Program-made: the position numbers and the translations under genes
Shown: piece by piece, positions 10,214 to 20,303 of the stretch
Layout of the letters: each line of letters opens with the position of its first letter
Position numbering within the stretch: the stretch's first letter is position 1
Assembly (NCBI GenBank): GCA_002410925.1
Contig: DHPR01000029.1
Span: forward strand, 62,001 to 92,339
Source of the DNA: a bacterium UBP13_UBA5359
Lineage (GTDB): Bacteria > UBP13 > UBA5359
Direction: 5' to 3'
Length of the DNA stretch: 30,339 nt
The notes under the pieces: model-generated
What the model was told of the DNA's origin: nothing
Databases searched by the model: none
Seen by the model: only the letters and a program-made list of their open reading frames with translations

Positions 10214-11884
10214 TCAGGCCTGGCGGCCGAACAACTCTACTAGCTTAAGTTCTGCTTCTCGTGTCCAAACATCGTCTTTAAGCAATGCGGCCACCTGAGG
10301 CAGCTTTGCAGGCATATCTTTCAATTCCACCAGTCCCAGGCCCTTGCATTCGGGATAAACAAGAATCTTGCCGGCGATAGACCGGTTCTCTACAGCTCGC
10401 ATTCCCTGTTCCGCAGATGCCAGATCTGATACCGCGGCCACGGAAACGTCGGTAGCCAGGCGGCCGGCAATCACCTTCTCCAGCACACTCTTCATATCAT
10501 CCACCGTCGACCCGCTGGTCCCAATAAAGTAGATACGCTGCTTAATGTACCGGTTGAGATCGATAGGTATATACTCCGTGGCCGGAATACCGGCAAAGAG
10601 ATTTATCAAGGCATCATTTCCAACCTGTTTGACGGCTGCAGCCGCCATTTTAGCAGAGGGAACCATGAGTGCTATATAGGAGAAGAGCTCCTCTAGCTTC
10701 TCCCTGCCGGGGTTGCAGGCCTTATACGTTACACCGTTACGCTCTGCCATCGGCCCGGCTACCTTTGACAGTGCCGCCAGACGCTCATCGTCCATATCGC
10801 AGGCAAAGACCACCAGGTTGCTGATATCAAGAGATACATTTCTAATAACGTGCATCATGCCCATCGGACCCCCGGCCCCGATAACGTTCATAGTGTCGCC
10901 CGATCTTACTTCACCCGTTTCAGGAATTCTTTTCATACTTTCCGCCGGATCGGCTGAAAAGGTACCGGTTATTCTGATTCCACCATAGTGAATTCTGCCT
11001 ACGGGAATGCTAATCTCTCTATCGAACGCCCCCCCCGCCTGGACAAAATTGATCAGGCCCTTGGCATCCAGCTTGGAAAAGAGCGCCTCGGCCGTATTTG
11101 CATCGGTTCCAAGGTAAATTATATCGTCAAAACCGTTTTCCTGTAATGCTTCCATAGAAGCAATCTTAGTTACCGGCACGCCAAAATCACCGGCTGGATA
11201 GGCGGACAGCCAGGATATTTCAGCTGGACGGCCATATTGAGACAGCATATTATTTAACGAAAGGAGATCGGGCTCCGTGTCCGCCACAATAAGCATACGG
11301 CCATTCTTCTTTATGGACAATCTCTCTTTGGACATATAGGCATCTTCAACGCAGGCCCACGGCTCTACCAGAGCAATCGAAGAATTGGAAAGTCCTTCGG
11401 GCACCGGCAAAAGGGTGGATTCTCCTTCAGGTGAAGTAATAACCCTGACATCCATCAGCACATACTGCTGCAATCCACCCTCAAAATTATATCCGAAAGC
11501 TGCATTTGAGGCCTCCGTCTTTAGCCAGCGATAATCTGCCTGTACCAGATATTTTTCACCGCTCTTATACGCTGTTACTCTCTCTCCTACGGCAACTATC
11601 GTTACAACGGCCTCATGCCCGGGAACTGTAGGCTGCTCGTTGGGAACGTAGCTCGGCAGATTACGGAGAATGTCCTGATCTATACCGGAGACTATCATGC
11701 CCTTGCGGCCATGACTGGAGAACTGCTTCAGCAGTTTGAGATCAGAGAAACAGAGCCCCACAGCCTCTACACGGCAAAGTATCTGATAAGGCCCCGGGCG
11801 ATATACCTGCTTGTTGTTGTTAGTCTTAATCTTGTCTGGACCGACCAGTTGGACGGCCTGCTGAATATCCGGAATAGCAATCAT
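10214..11884 (-). CDS. Zn-dependent MDR-family dehydrogenase, L-sorbose-1-phosphate reductase-like, extended form
   Basis: GLCFSDLK, PGHE, LVEPWACV, IGAGGPMG. Start taken at ATG 11884 (MIAIPD); the ORF-track extension to 11989 looks non-coding. Confidence 0.8.
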   Translation of the reverse strand: MIAIPDIQQAVQLVGPDKIKTNNNKQVYRPGPYQILCRVEAVGLCFSDLKLLKQFSSHGRKGMIVSGIDQDILRNLPSYVPNEQPTVPGHEAVVTIVAVGERVTAYKSGEKYLVQADYRWLKTEASNAAFGYNFEGGLQQYVLMDVRVITSPEGESTLLPVPEGLSNSSIALVEPWACVEDAYMSKERLSIKKNGRMLIVADTEPDLLSLNNMLSQYGRPAEISWLSAYPAGDFGVPVTKIASMEALQENGFDDIIYLGTDANTAEALFSKLDAKGLINFVQAGGAFDREISIPVGRIHYGGIRITGTFSADPAESMKRIPETGEVRSGDTMNVIGAGGPMGMMHVIRNVSLDISNLVVFACDMDDERLAALSKVAGPMAERNGVTYKACNPGREKLEELFSYIALMVPSAKMAAAAVKQVGNDALINLFAGIPATEYIPIDLNRYIKQRIYFIGTSGSTVDDMKSVLEKVIAGRLATDVSVAAVSDLASAEQGMRAVENRSIAGKILVYPECKGLGLVELKDMPAKLPQVAALLKDDVWTREAELKLVELFGRQA

Positions 11885-12223
11885 TGTTTTCAACCTTTCG
11901 TTTGAAGAATTGCTCGGACAATAAGATAAACTTCCTGTCGGAACTGCCTCGGCCTGCCGGAAACTCGTGCACTTTTGACCATTTTGCAATTCTTCCTATT
12001 TATCGCCCTATAGTATATACCGGGGTTATGTAAAGATCAACGTTTCGAAATTGCCTCGATCTTACTATATAGCGCTGCCATGAAATAATTAACAAGAAAT
12101 ATTTCATAGCGAGCAAGAAACAATCGCTCCTTCAGTATGCCTGAAGCTGCTTCATTTCCACTAGCTAAAACAGCCAAGCAAAATTTCTTTTGTGGTGATA
12201 GCAGTGATGATAACAAGAATATA

Positions 12224-12258
12224 AAAGCCCGCAGAAATTTTAAGAGCTTCTGCGAGGC
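12224..12258 (-). terminator. Probable intrinsic terminator after the small minus-strand ORFs
   Basis: Imperfect stem GCC-CGCAGAA / TTCTGCGAGGC with an adjacent A-run (T-run on the minus strand). Confidence 0.45.
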
Positions 12259-12294
12259 TCGCTACCATTTTACATGATTTATAGAAATGCTCTT

Positions 12295-12474
12295 CTACCT
12301 CCTCTTCTTCTTTTGGGGCGTGGAAGCTGAAGACTTTTTAGCCAGCACCTTCAGTTCAGCCTGCTTAAACTTAATCTCCGGCTTTTTACATCCTTCACTT
12401 GAACAATTATTCATAATCTCGGTCAAGCCCAACATGGGCATCAGATTTCTCAGCGCCTTGAGTTTTTTATTCAC
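12295..12474 (-). CDS. Small basic hypothetical protein (59 aa), absent from the ORF track
   Basis: GTG start overlaps the upstream ORF stop (GTGA); MNKKLKALRNLMPMLGLTEIMNNCSSEGCKKPEIKFKQAELKVLAKKSSASTPQKKKRR; followed by a hairpin. Confidence 0.4.
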   Translation of the reverse strand: MNKKLKALRNLMPMLGLTEIMNNCSSEGCKKPEIKFKQAELKVLAKKSSASTPQKKKRR

Positions 12475-12881
12475 TGCTGCCGAGCCATCGCTGCTAAAAC
12501 ATTCAAAACCAGCGCAGTTTCCTGCTCTTCCATGGCTCTCAGATAGGTGCTAAAACATTTATCAGGTGTTGAAAAGAACTTCTTTATCCTGATCTCGCTG
12601 GAGCGGATCATCTCCTCAGCAACAGAGATAAGATCGGCGTTTGTTTTAGGCCCGGCAGGCACTTGAATACCTACAATACAGTTATCCAGAACAAAGCACT
12701 CCATCGGCATACTGTTGGCTACACACATGCAACCGTAATGTTCGGTCAGCAATGCACTTTGATCGGCCTCAATCCTGGCACCGGCTGAGACATAAACCTC
12801 CATATCTTTGCTTGCCGAGGTTCTATCGGCACAGTAGTAGACTATTATGCGTTCTTCCTGAGTATAGGCATAGGTGCGCAT
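12471..12881 (-). CDS. Hypothetical protein
   Basis: 136-codon ORF with protein-like composition; no family recognised; start uncertain. Confidence 0.4.
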   Translation of the reverse strand: MRTYAYTQEERIIVYYCADRTSASKDMEVYVSAGARIEADQSALLTEHYGCMCVANSMPMECFVLDNCIVGIQVPAGPKTNADLISVAEEMIRSSEIRIKKFFSTPDKCFSTYLRAMEEQETALVLNVLAAMARQQ

Positions 12882-13186
12882 AGCTATGGCAGATGGAAAT
12901 TACAGCACTGAGACTTTATCAAGTTTATTCGGCAGATCGAAAGGCAGGCTTATTCCCTCCAGCATAGGGTGCTGCGATGTTATCATGGACATAAAGCCTA
13001 GCATTTCCAGCCGGGCAATACATCTTCCCGGCAAAGAGAGTACGAGTAGACATAAAAACAGAAGAACAACGCAAATGCTTGCTTGCAACTATCCTGCCAA
13101 TTCAACATGCCTCCGGCAGATAATTCCTGGTTGAGAAGTGGCTGAATACGGGTATAAATTAGAAAAACCTTCAGGAGGATACGGTT

Positions 13187-13594
13187 ATGCAGCATGACGA
13201 ATTTATCGGCCAGGTACAACATAAAGCTAGATTGGCTTCGCGGGGAGAGGCAGAAAGAGCGACGCGAGCTACGTTGGAAACGCTGGGAGAGCGTCTCTAC
13301 AATGATACTACCGATAACCTGGCAGCCCAGTTGCCGCCAGAGATAGGCCGTCATCTTCAAGAGAGCGGCGATTACCATAAATATTCATTAGATGAGTTCC
13401 TGGAATGTATCAAGAATCGAGAAGGAGAAGGTGTCGATCTGCCGGATGCCGTTCACCATGCCAGAGCGGTCATCGCTGAGCTGGAAGAGGCTGTTTCCAA
13501 AGGGCTTATCACGAAGGTCCGCAATCAATTGCCGCCGGAATACGGGCGCCTATTCGAAGCCGGCAGTGAAGGAGAGATGCCGCCGGAACGATGA
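13187..13594 (+). CDS. DUF2267-family protein
   Basis: MQHDEFIGQVQHKARL...AERATRATLETLGERL...LAAQLP...HARAV...VRNQLPPEY..LF; AGGAGG RBS. Confidence 0.92.
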   Translation: MQHDEFIGQVQHKARLASRGEAERATRATLETLGERLYNDTTDNLAAQLPPEIGRHLQESGDYHKYSLDEFLECIKNREGEGVDLPDAVHHARAVIAELEEAVSKGLITKVRNQLPPEYGRLFEAGSEGEMPPER

Positions 13595-13661
13595 AAATTA
13601 TATACTCCTTCATCACCAGCTTCCCCGCTGTTCTAAAAAGGACGGCTGCTAAAGGAAAAGG

Positions 13662-13697
13662 AAAAGGCGCCCTTTTGGGGCGTTCACACAGGGATTT
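13662..13697. repeat. Left attachment junction
   Basis: Host arm AAAAGGCG (13662-13669), TT core (13675-13676), 7 nt, element arm TCACACAGGGATTT (13684-13697). Confidence 0.8.
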
Positions 13698-13730
13698 ATA
13701 AAAAACTTGTGTGACAGCTTCAAGCGAGGT

Positions 13731-13786
13731 AAAAAAGAGACCAGTCTGCATGAGCTTAATTGCTTGGCATGACTGGTCTCTTTTTT
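13731..13786. terminator. Bidirectional intrinsic terminator ending the defence operon
   Basis: Perfect 16-bp inverted repeat AAAAAAGAGACCAGTC / GACTGGTCTCTTTTTT overlapping the stop codon at 13785-13787. Confidence 0.85.
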
Positions 13787-15266
13787 ATATTTTAACATTT
13801 GATGCTGAAGCCTTGTTGTCCGTTGCATCAATTAGAATGATATCTCGGCAATCATGTAATTTCAACTCATTCAATATGTTTGTTATTTTGCCGTGTTCTT
13901 CATCTGTGAAAAACAATATGACTTTTATTGCTCGGTCGGTGTTATTCGCCTTTTTGTATATTTCGACCTGTTTAGCAAGGTTGTTTTTTAACTTGCTATT
14001 TGATGCAAGCTTGAATTCAACAAGAGCAGTATTTTTTGATCCCTTTGATACTTTAAAATCGACAGGACCACGTCCATTATTGACTTCTCTATTAACGTCA
14101 AATTCACTTGCGAACCATACAAGCCGGTACATAATTTGCAAGTCGCTTTCACGGCGAAGTGGCTTCCCATCGATGTAAAATATACGATAGCAATCCATGT
14201 CCTCTATTGCTGATTTCAAGAACATTACACGCTTATACGCTTCCTCATAAGAATCTGCTTTTTCTTTGTAAAAATCTGTGCGACTATGCAGCAATTCGGC
14301 AAGTTCTCGAAGCTGCGTATTAAATAGCTGCTTTACCTCGCGCACTGCTTCCTTGCTTATGGATGTTGCATCTTCTTCGTTTAGCTCTTTGTGCTTTATA
14401 TAGTAATCAATTATTTCAGGGTATTCAGATATCAAGTCAGCAGCCGCTCTGTCTTTTTCAGTTTTTGACATTTCCTTCTTTTTCTTTGGTAGCACTTCAC
14501 GAAAATAATTATTCAGTGCGAATCGTATTGTCGCATCTTCAACTGAAGGAGCTATGTTCTGAAGATTTCCAATCATGTCGCTACGATTGATGAACGTATC
14601 ATCCCGTGTTAGTAAGTCTCTCGGAGTCAACAGAACATAATCGTTGTCAAAGCAGGGAAGGTAACATTCTTTAGACATCCATGTCATAGTTTCATAGTTA
14701 AATTCAACTTTTGGAACAATAAAAATTCGGCATTGGGAAGCATCCATATTTTCTGACGCAAATGCCGCTGTGTAATCCAGTAGGTATTTCTTGGCAAAAT
14801 TGGTCGTAAAATCGCTTATCTTATCGCGGCCGACTTTATGGCTGATAAGGCATAACTTTTCCAGATGCGAACTCTTCGTAATCGTCTCTTTTCCGAAATC
14901 TTTAAAAATAGTTTGTAAGCCACGATGAAGATTTTTTGCGAAATCAACACCTAATCCACGACCTGAATTACCATCCATACTGAATCCAATCCAAGTTTGC
15001 TTTACTTCTGGGAAAAGGTACCATGCGCCCATCATCCCCGCAGGTGGGGTTTGGTGCTTCTCCGCCTGCGATTGTAAGAACAGCAAATATGTGATTATCT
15101 CGTTATGGATAATCTGATATTCTTCTTTCTCGCTGTTAAAAAGCAAAAAAGGGTCAATAAACAGTGGCAGATCATTAATCAAAGAGATATTAATTGCACC
15201 ATATGACTCAACAACATCTTCATCTATTCCGAAAAAGTCAGAAAAGTATAGTCTTATACCACTCAT
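13785..15266 (-). CDS. Uncharacterised protein with C-terminal PD-(D/E)XK nuclease motif; candidate defence gene
   Basis: RESDLQ...REVNNGRGPVDFKVSKG...VEFKLAS pattern; N-terminal DLPLFIDPFLLF; last gene of the mod-res operon; AT-rich. Confidence 0.7.
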   Translation of the reverse strand: MSGIRLYFSDFFGIDEDVVESYGAINISLINDLPLFIDPFLLFNSEKEEYQIIHNEIITYLLFLQSQAEKHQTPPAGMMGAWYLFPEVKQTWIGFSMDGNSGRGLGVDFAKNLHRGLQTIFKDFGKETITKSSHLEKLCLISHKVGRDKISDFTTNFAKKYLLDYTAAFASENMDASQCRIFIVPKVEFNYETMTWMSKECYLPCFDNDYVLLTPRDLLTRDDTFINRSDMIGNLQNIAPSVEDATIRFALNNYFREVLPKKKKEMSKTEKDRAAADLISEYPEIIDYYIKHKELNEEDATSISKEAVREVKQLFNTQLRELAELLHSRTDFYKEKADSYEEAYKRVMFLKSAIEDMDCYRIFYIDGKPLRRESDLQIMYRLVWFASEFDVNREVNNGRGPVDFKVSKGSKNTALVEFKLASNSKLKNNLAKQVEIYKKANNTDRAIKVILFFTDEEHGKITNILNELKLHDCRDIILIDATDNKASASNVKI

Positions 15267-15286
15267 ATCATTCTCCTAAATCGAAT

Positions 15287-18253
15287 TCATCCTTGTGCCA
15301 GAACTTCATTGACTATCTGCACCATCTTCTTGTTATTCAATTGCTTGTGGAAATACACTGTATATCCGTCCTTTGAGAGCATATCAAAGAATATTTCGGC
15401 GCAGCCAATTCTCGCAATTTCCTCTTGACGTAAAACAGCTTTGTTTTCCACATCTTTTGTTTCGACCACAATATTCAATTCCTTTTCACCAGACGCTCGC
15501 TGCACGACATACATGAAGTCCGGGCTATACATCCCACCTGTGATTGTCGGTATTGCGATACTGCAACGCGGAATTTTGCCGTAAACAACGACCTCTGAAA
15601 TATCGGACTTGATGTTTTCCTGTTCCAGCGGTGAATCATAGGCAAAGGAATCAAACAAGTATTTCTTGCTAGGAGTACCCGGTGCAATCTTCGTGCCGAT
15701 ACGTCCTTGGGCAATATGTCTGCGTGGCTCGCCGTCCTCATAAGTTAAAGCGGTGGCCCCAATCGGGACATTACTCTTTTTATAGTGAAAGCGTCCTTGC
15801 AGATTTTTTATCCGCCATGCTTGGAATTCGGAGCAGAACACCGCGACGGTGCTTTCGTTGATATATTTCGGGTCGACGGCACCATGCCTATCGACATATG
15901 TACACAAGGCTTGGTGTAGGACAGTTATCGGAATATTTGTTGCTTTCATAATGCGCTTCAGAAATGCGCCATAGGCAATGGGGCGTGTGACCGCATACGA
16001 AACACCAGTGCCTGTGGCTGTGGTCATCTGCGAACCGTCGCTTTCGACGATGTCTCTGGTGCTGGTCATGACCACATCGGTGAAAACACCCTTTTGCTCA
16101 AGCAGCGACAAAACGATAGCGTCCATATCTGCATCCAAATCTGCGTCATAAAACAGTAAATACCGTTGATTGATTTTTTCCCACAGTTCTCGAATTTCGC
16201 TGTAGACGGCTTTGCGTATTTTGATGGGCTTTGACTTGGTAACATTACGGTCTTTGACCTTGCCGGAGGACAGCCCTATGGCAAAGTCGGGATACTCTGT
16301 AAAGAAAACGTCTCGCGTTTCTGGTTTGATATTATAATGCCTGTCGATATAATGCTTTTCGGCATACAGCGTGTCAAACAAATCGTCGGCGGTCACGCCC
16401 AGTTTCTTCGCCACCTGTCCGAGACGCTCCTCGCTGATAGAGGAGGCTTGCGGTATTTCGCCGTTTATCTGCTCGACAAGGCGTGTTGCAAAGTCGGCTT
16501 CGGTGAAATCTACGATGTAATTTAGCTGAAATTCCTCATTGGATATGCGGTTTCCGTTCTCATCCACGGGCAGACGTAGACCGCGTCCAACCTCCTGCAG
16601 CTTGCTATTATCACTACCGCTGGAGCGTAGTTTTGCTATCGTGAACACATTCGGATTGTCCCATCCCTCTTTGAGCGTCCATTTGGAGAACAGAAAACGA
16701 AGCGTATTATAACTGCCATCTTCATTTTTGAAGGACAGTAGCTGCTTTTTACCATGAAGAATCACATCGACCTCTTTTGCGATATCTGCGTCGGAATCGC
16801 TGTTGTCCTGCGAAAAATATCCTGCATGGCAAGCGGATAAATTAGTAAGGCTTGCTTCAAGATAGGAGCGGTATTCGCTATCATGTTCATCCAGTGTGTC
16901 TATCATCGCGTTTATGCGCTCTCTGAGCAGAAGCTCAAAGGCCAACAGCAGGTACGGCGATTTGCCCTCTGCATCGAGACGGTAGGATGTAATATCGTCG
17001 ATGAAAAACAGGGCAAGTGTTTTTATTTTAAATGTGCGATTACAAAAATTCTCCCGCTCCGTCTCAAAATGCCGTTCAAGAGCAAGCCGAATCATCTGCT
17101 CCTGATAGGAAGTCATATAGATATCCACATCCAGTTCCTCGCCCGTGACCTTTTTTATGCCGTTGGAAAACTCCACGGTGGAGGTGCTGATAGCGGAAAT
17201 GGTGATACCCTCAAAGGCATTGCTAATAATGGAAAGCGAATCGTCTGTCTTGAGCGTATAGGATTTTGTGGTTTCATCGCGCCGCTTATATTGAAACGAA
17301 ACAGAATCTCGGCTGGCAATCGAAGTTATTTTCACTTTTTCATCCCGCTTGGAAACGGGCTCAAAATGTTCCTTTGCTACACCCTTTATGAGGTTTTGAT
17401 TAAAGGAATCGCAGGCGTTCAGGTCATATAACAAGTTTTGATAGTCCTTGACCGTTATTTTGTTCTTGCCACGTCCGCTGCTCGTCTCCGGGAAGGTTGC
17501 GCCAAAGCGGATAATGCACTGAGGTTTTATTTCATCAGTGATGACCGAGAAAGCCTTTTGATCTCGTGAGAATCGGTGCGGTTCGTCTATAATGACAAAC
17601 GGGCGTGTGGCTTTCAGCGCGTCTAACGGGCGGTAGAATCCCTCTGCACCATAATCATAATCGTCACGACTAAGCATTCCGTTTTTTTTCACTACAAGCA
17701 GATGCATGTTGACCAGCATAATATAAATCTTCTTAGAATTCTGGCAGGAGCCCTTAACAAAGTCACTGACCACACTTGGAAAATAGGAGCGTCCTTTTTT
17801 CTTATTTTTCGGTGCTTCAAGGACACCAACCTCAATTTCGGTGCCGTACCCGCAGCCGTCCGTAAAATGTCGTCTGGCGTATTCGTCCTGCAAAAACTGC
17901 GCTGTTCCGGCTTTAATGGCAAGCGACGGTACTGCGATGATAAATTTGTTGATGCCGTACCGCTTATGAAGTTCAAACATCACTTTTGTGTAAACATAGG
18001 TCTTGCCCGTACCAGTTTCCATTTTAATATCCAGATTGAGACAATCGCGGGTAGGCGCACCTCCGCGATACTCGGCGGGTACGCTCTCCTGTAGGGCGCT
18101 GATATTCGCAGCAAGGCGCGGGTCAGCAAGGGCAATGTGCGGATTTTCATAAAACTGCGTCGGTGTTGTAATCGGCACACCATCAAAAGCGGCACATACC
18201 GCATCGACAGCTTTTTGCTGGTGGGGCAATTCTTTCTGAAGAATTAGTTCCAT
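15287..18253 (-). CDS. res: Type III restriction endonuclease subunit (EcoP15I/EcoPI-like)
   Basis: METGTGKT Walker A, IDEPH, LKEGWDNPNVF, QEVGRGLRL, C-terminal YSPDF...VETK nuclease; start MELILQK behind GGGAGGGTGA. Confidence 0.95.
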   Translation of the reverse strand: MELILQKELPHQQKAVDAVCAAFDGVPITTPTQFYENPHIALADPRLAANISALQESVPAEYRGGAPTRDCLNLDIKMETGTGKTYVYTKVMFELHKRYGINKFIIAVPSLAIKAGTAQFLQDEYARRHFTDGCGYGTEIEVGVLEAPKNKKKGRSYFPSVVSDFVKGSCQNSKKIYIMLVNMHLLVVKKNGMLSRDDYDYGAEGFYRPLDALKATRPFVIIDEPHRFSRDQKAFSVITDEIKPQCIIRFGATFPETSSGRGKNKITVKDYQNLLYDLNACDSFNQNLIKGVAKEHFEPVSKRDEKVKITSIASRDSVSFQYKRRDETTKSYTLKTDDSLSIISNAFEGITISAISTSTVEFSNGIKKVTGEELDVDIYMTSYQEQMIRLALERHFETERENFCNRTFKIKTLALFFIDDITSYRLDAEGKSPYLLLAFELLLRERINAMIDTLDEHDSEYRSYLEASLTNLSACHAGYFSQDNSDSDADIAKEVDVILHGKKQLLSFKNEDGSYNTLRFLFSKWTLKEGWDNPNVFTIAKLRSSGSDNSKLQEVGRGLRLPVDENGNRISNEEFQLNYIVDFTEADFATRLVEQINGEIPQASSISEERLGQVAKKLGVTADDLFDTLYAEKHYIDRHYNIKPETRDVFFTEYPDFAIGLSSGKVKDRNVTKSKPIKIRKAVYSEIRELWEKINQRYLLFYDADLDADMDAIVLSLLEQKGVFTDVVMTSTRDIVESDGSQMTTATGTGVSYAVTRPIAYGAFLKRIMKATNIPITVLHQALCTYVDRHGAVDPKYINESTVAVFCSEFQAWRIKNLQGRFHYKKSNVPIGATALTYEDGEPRRHIAQGRIGTKIAPGTPSKKYLFDSFAYDSPLEQENIKSDISEVVVYGKIPRCSIAIPTITGGMYSPDFMYVVQRASGEKELNIVVETKDVENKAVLRQEEIARIGCAEIFFDMLSKDGYTVYFHKQLNNKKMVQIVNEVLAQG

Positions 18254-18266
18254 AATCACCCTCCCA

Positions 18267-20303
18267 TCAATAACGGACATCGAAATTGACACGAAGATTT
18301 TTTTCCGTATCCTTCAGCCGTTTCAGATTTATTTGAAGTTGCTCGGTTTCAGTCCATGTGAAGCTGTAGCCAAACAGCACCACATTCTCCGGGTTAAAGC
18401 TGCCGTCCGTCTCATATTTCACGACAATCGCTTCAATTGCCTCTTGTGACAGTTCCGGGTCGATGAGGTACAGGTGTTTGCCAATGTAATAGCCCTTGTA
18501 TCCGGAAAGGTCGAATTCCTCCACAGGAGCGGTGAAGCCGTATCCGTCCCGAACAAGCCATGTGGCGAGAACAGTAGGTTTTCCAAAATCGTCAAGAACC
18601 GTGTTTTGTATGTACATACCACTTTCATCGGGCTTGAATAGTTCCAGCTTGTCCAGAGTATTTTCGGACGGCTCGATAAGAGTGTAATGCTTAAATCCGA
18701 GGTCTGCGGTGGTATCTGGGTTGCTTTCTTTTATTGCTTTTGCGGCGCGGATAATGCGCTCCATTCCAAGTTGGTCAAGTGTGTGGGGGCGATTCACCGA
18801 ATCAAGGAATGTTATAAGTTTCTCGACTTTTTTCTTATCTTCTCCAGTTGCCTTCCCATATGAAGAATCAAGATTTTCCGGCAATTGAACCATTATATAA
18901 TTAAAAGATTTGCCCAATGCATTACTCCGCATAACTGCTTCTGCAGTAGTTGCGGAGCCAGAAAAGAAATCGCATATTAACATTTTATTTTGCTGTAATG
19001 AAGCGATAAGCTTCATAATTAAAAGCACTGGCTTTGGATAACTCATAAGAGACTGTTGCCCAAATAGAAGACGTTGTTCCTCATCAGCATCTTCATTCGA
19101 TCCCCAACCACTTGATTGCAAATCATCAAAGTTGAAATTATAGGAATATCCTGTAGTGCTCGAATCGCCGAGTCGTAATAATAAATCCTTGAGCCCCTTT
19201 TCTCGTGGTTCCTTAACAATGCGACGCAAATAGAGATCGCGTGTAATATATAGTTCTCCATTATTAGCATACTCGGTCATTGAGTCTTGCCCGTATCGCC
19301 AATTTCCCTCTATTGTTAATTCCTGTGCTAAAACACCGTTTTCAATAACTAAATCTGATAACAAAAGCAAATTCATAGTGGTATCAGAAATAATCTCTCC
19401 CTTTTTCATTACATAATTTTGCTCACGATATTTGCTTTGTATTCCGGATGGAATTATTCGTATATCTCTACTGTTTGTAGCGTTTACACAGGGATAAGTT
19501 TCCTCTGCACTGTTAATTTGCCCAATAAGACCGGTAAATGCTGTTTTATTCTTAGCGTATACGAGCACATATTCTTTAATGTTTGTTATATCGTTTGCAA
19601 GGTATGAGCCTTTCTTTTTCTTTTCCCATACCAATTCAGATACAAAATTTTCTTCGCCGAACACATCGTCACATAATATTTTAAGATTATGCCCCTCGTT
19701 ATCATCAATTGAAATAAATATGACACCATCATCCGTTAGCAAATCACGTGCCAGCAGAAGTCTCGGATACATGAACATCATCCACGATGAGTGCGACGCA
19801 GAGCCGCGCTTTGTTAAATCCAGTATGCGCCGCGCTTGCTCTTCGTCAATGCTCAGTTTTGCGGAAAGTTCTTCGGCGGTAAAATTGAAGCTGTCGTTAT
19901 AAACGAAACCATCAGAACCAGTGTTATACGGCGGGTCTATGTAGATACATTTCACCTTTCGAGCGTAGGATTTAAGCAAGTGCTTCAAGCCATCCAGATT
20001 ATCACCGCTAATATAGACGTTCTCGCTGGCAGAATTCTTCGGCTTTTCATTATGCTCCTCATTCGGCACAATCACAGTAGTCGTATCCACGGAGGCAAGC
20101 AGACGTGCATAATTCTTGCCGAGAAATTTCAGTTCGTATCCTTCACTAGTGACAGTAACCTTATCGCTCAGAAACTCTTTGAAACGTTCTATATCAAATG
20201 TGCCGTCCGGGTGAAAACATGACGGGAAGTTTTCTTTCAAAATCGCCATCTCGCGGCTGTTGGGAGCTGCGCTCTCATTGGCGGCAATAATATCCTTAAT
20301 CAT
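18267..20303 (-). CDS. mod: Type III R-M DNA methyltransferase subunit (beta class)
   Basis: GDNLDGLKHL, YIDPPYNTG (motif IV), central TRD, YPKP, DFFSGSATTA (motif I); start MIKDII behind GGAGGGGG. Confidence 0.95.
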   Translation of the reverse strand: MIKDIIAANESAAPNSREMAILKENFPSCFHPDGTFDIERFKEFLSDKVTVTSEGYELKFLGKNYARLLASVDTTTVIVPNEEHNEKPKNSASENVYISGDNLDGLKHLLKSYARKVKCIYIDPPYNTGSDGFVYNDSFNFTAEELSAKLSIDEEQARRILDLTKRGSASHSSWMMFMYPRLLLARDLLTDDGVIFISIDDNEGHNLKILCDDVFGEENFVSELVWEKKKKGSYLANDITNIKEYVLVYAKNKTAFTGLIGQINSAEETYPCVNATNSRDIRIIPSGIQSKYREQNYVMKKGEIISDTTMNLLLLSDLVIENGVLAQELTIEGNWRYGQDSMTEYANNGELYITRDLYLRRIVKEPREKGLKDLLLRLGDSSTTGYSYNFNFDDLQSSGWGSNEDADEEQRLLFGQQSLMSYPKPVLLIMKLIASLQQNKMLICDFFSGSATTAEAVMRSNALGKSFNYIMVQLPENLDSSYGKATGEDKKKVEKLITFLDSVNRPHTLDQLGMERIIRAAKAIKESNPDTTADLGFKHYTLIEPSENTLDKLELFKPDESGMYIQNTVLDDFGKPTVLATWLVRDGYGFTAPVEEFDLSGYKGYYIGKHLYLIDPELSQEAIEAIVVKYETDGSFNPENVVLFGYSFTWTETEQLQINLKRLKDTEKNLRVNFDVRY

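Noticed and set aside
18267-20303. Phase-variable mod (phasevarion)
   Set aside because: No simple-sequence repeat tract seen in the gene or its 5' region.
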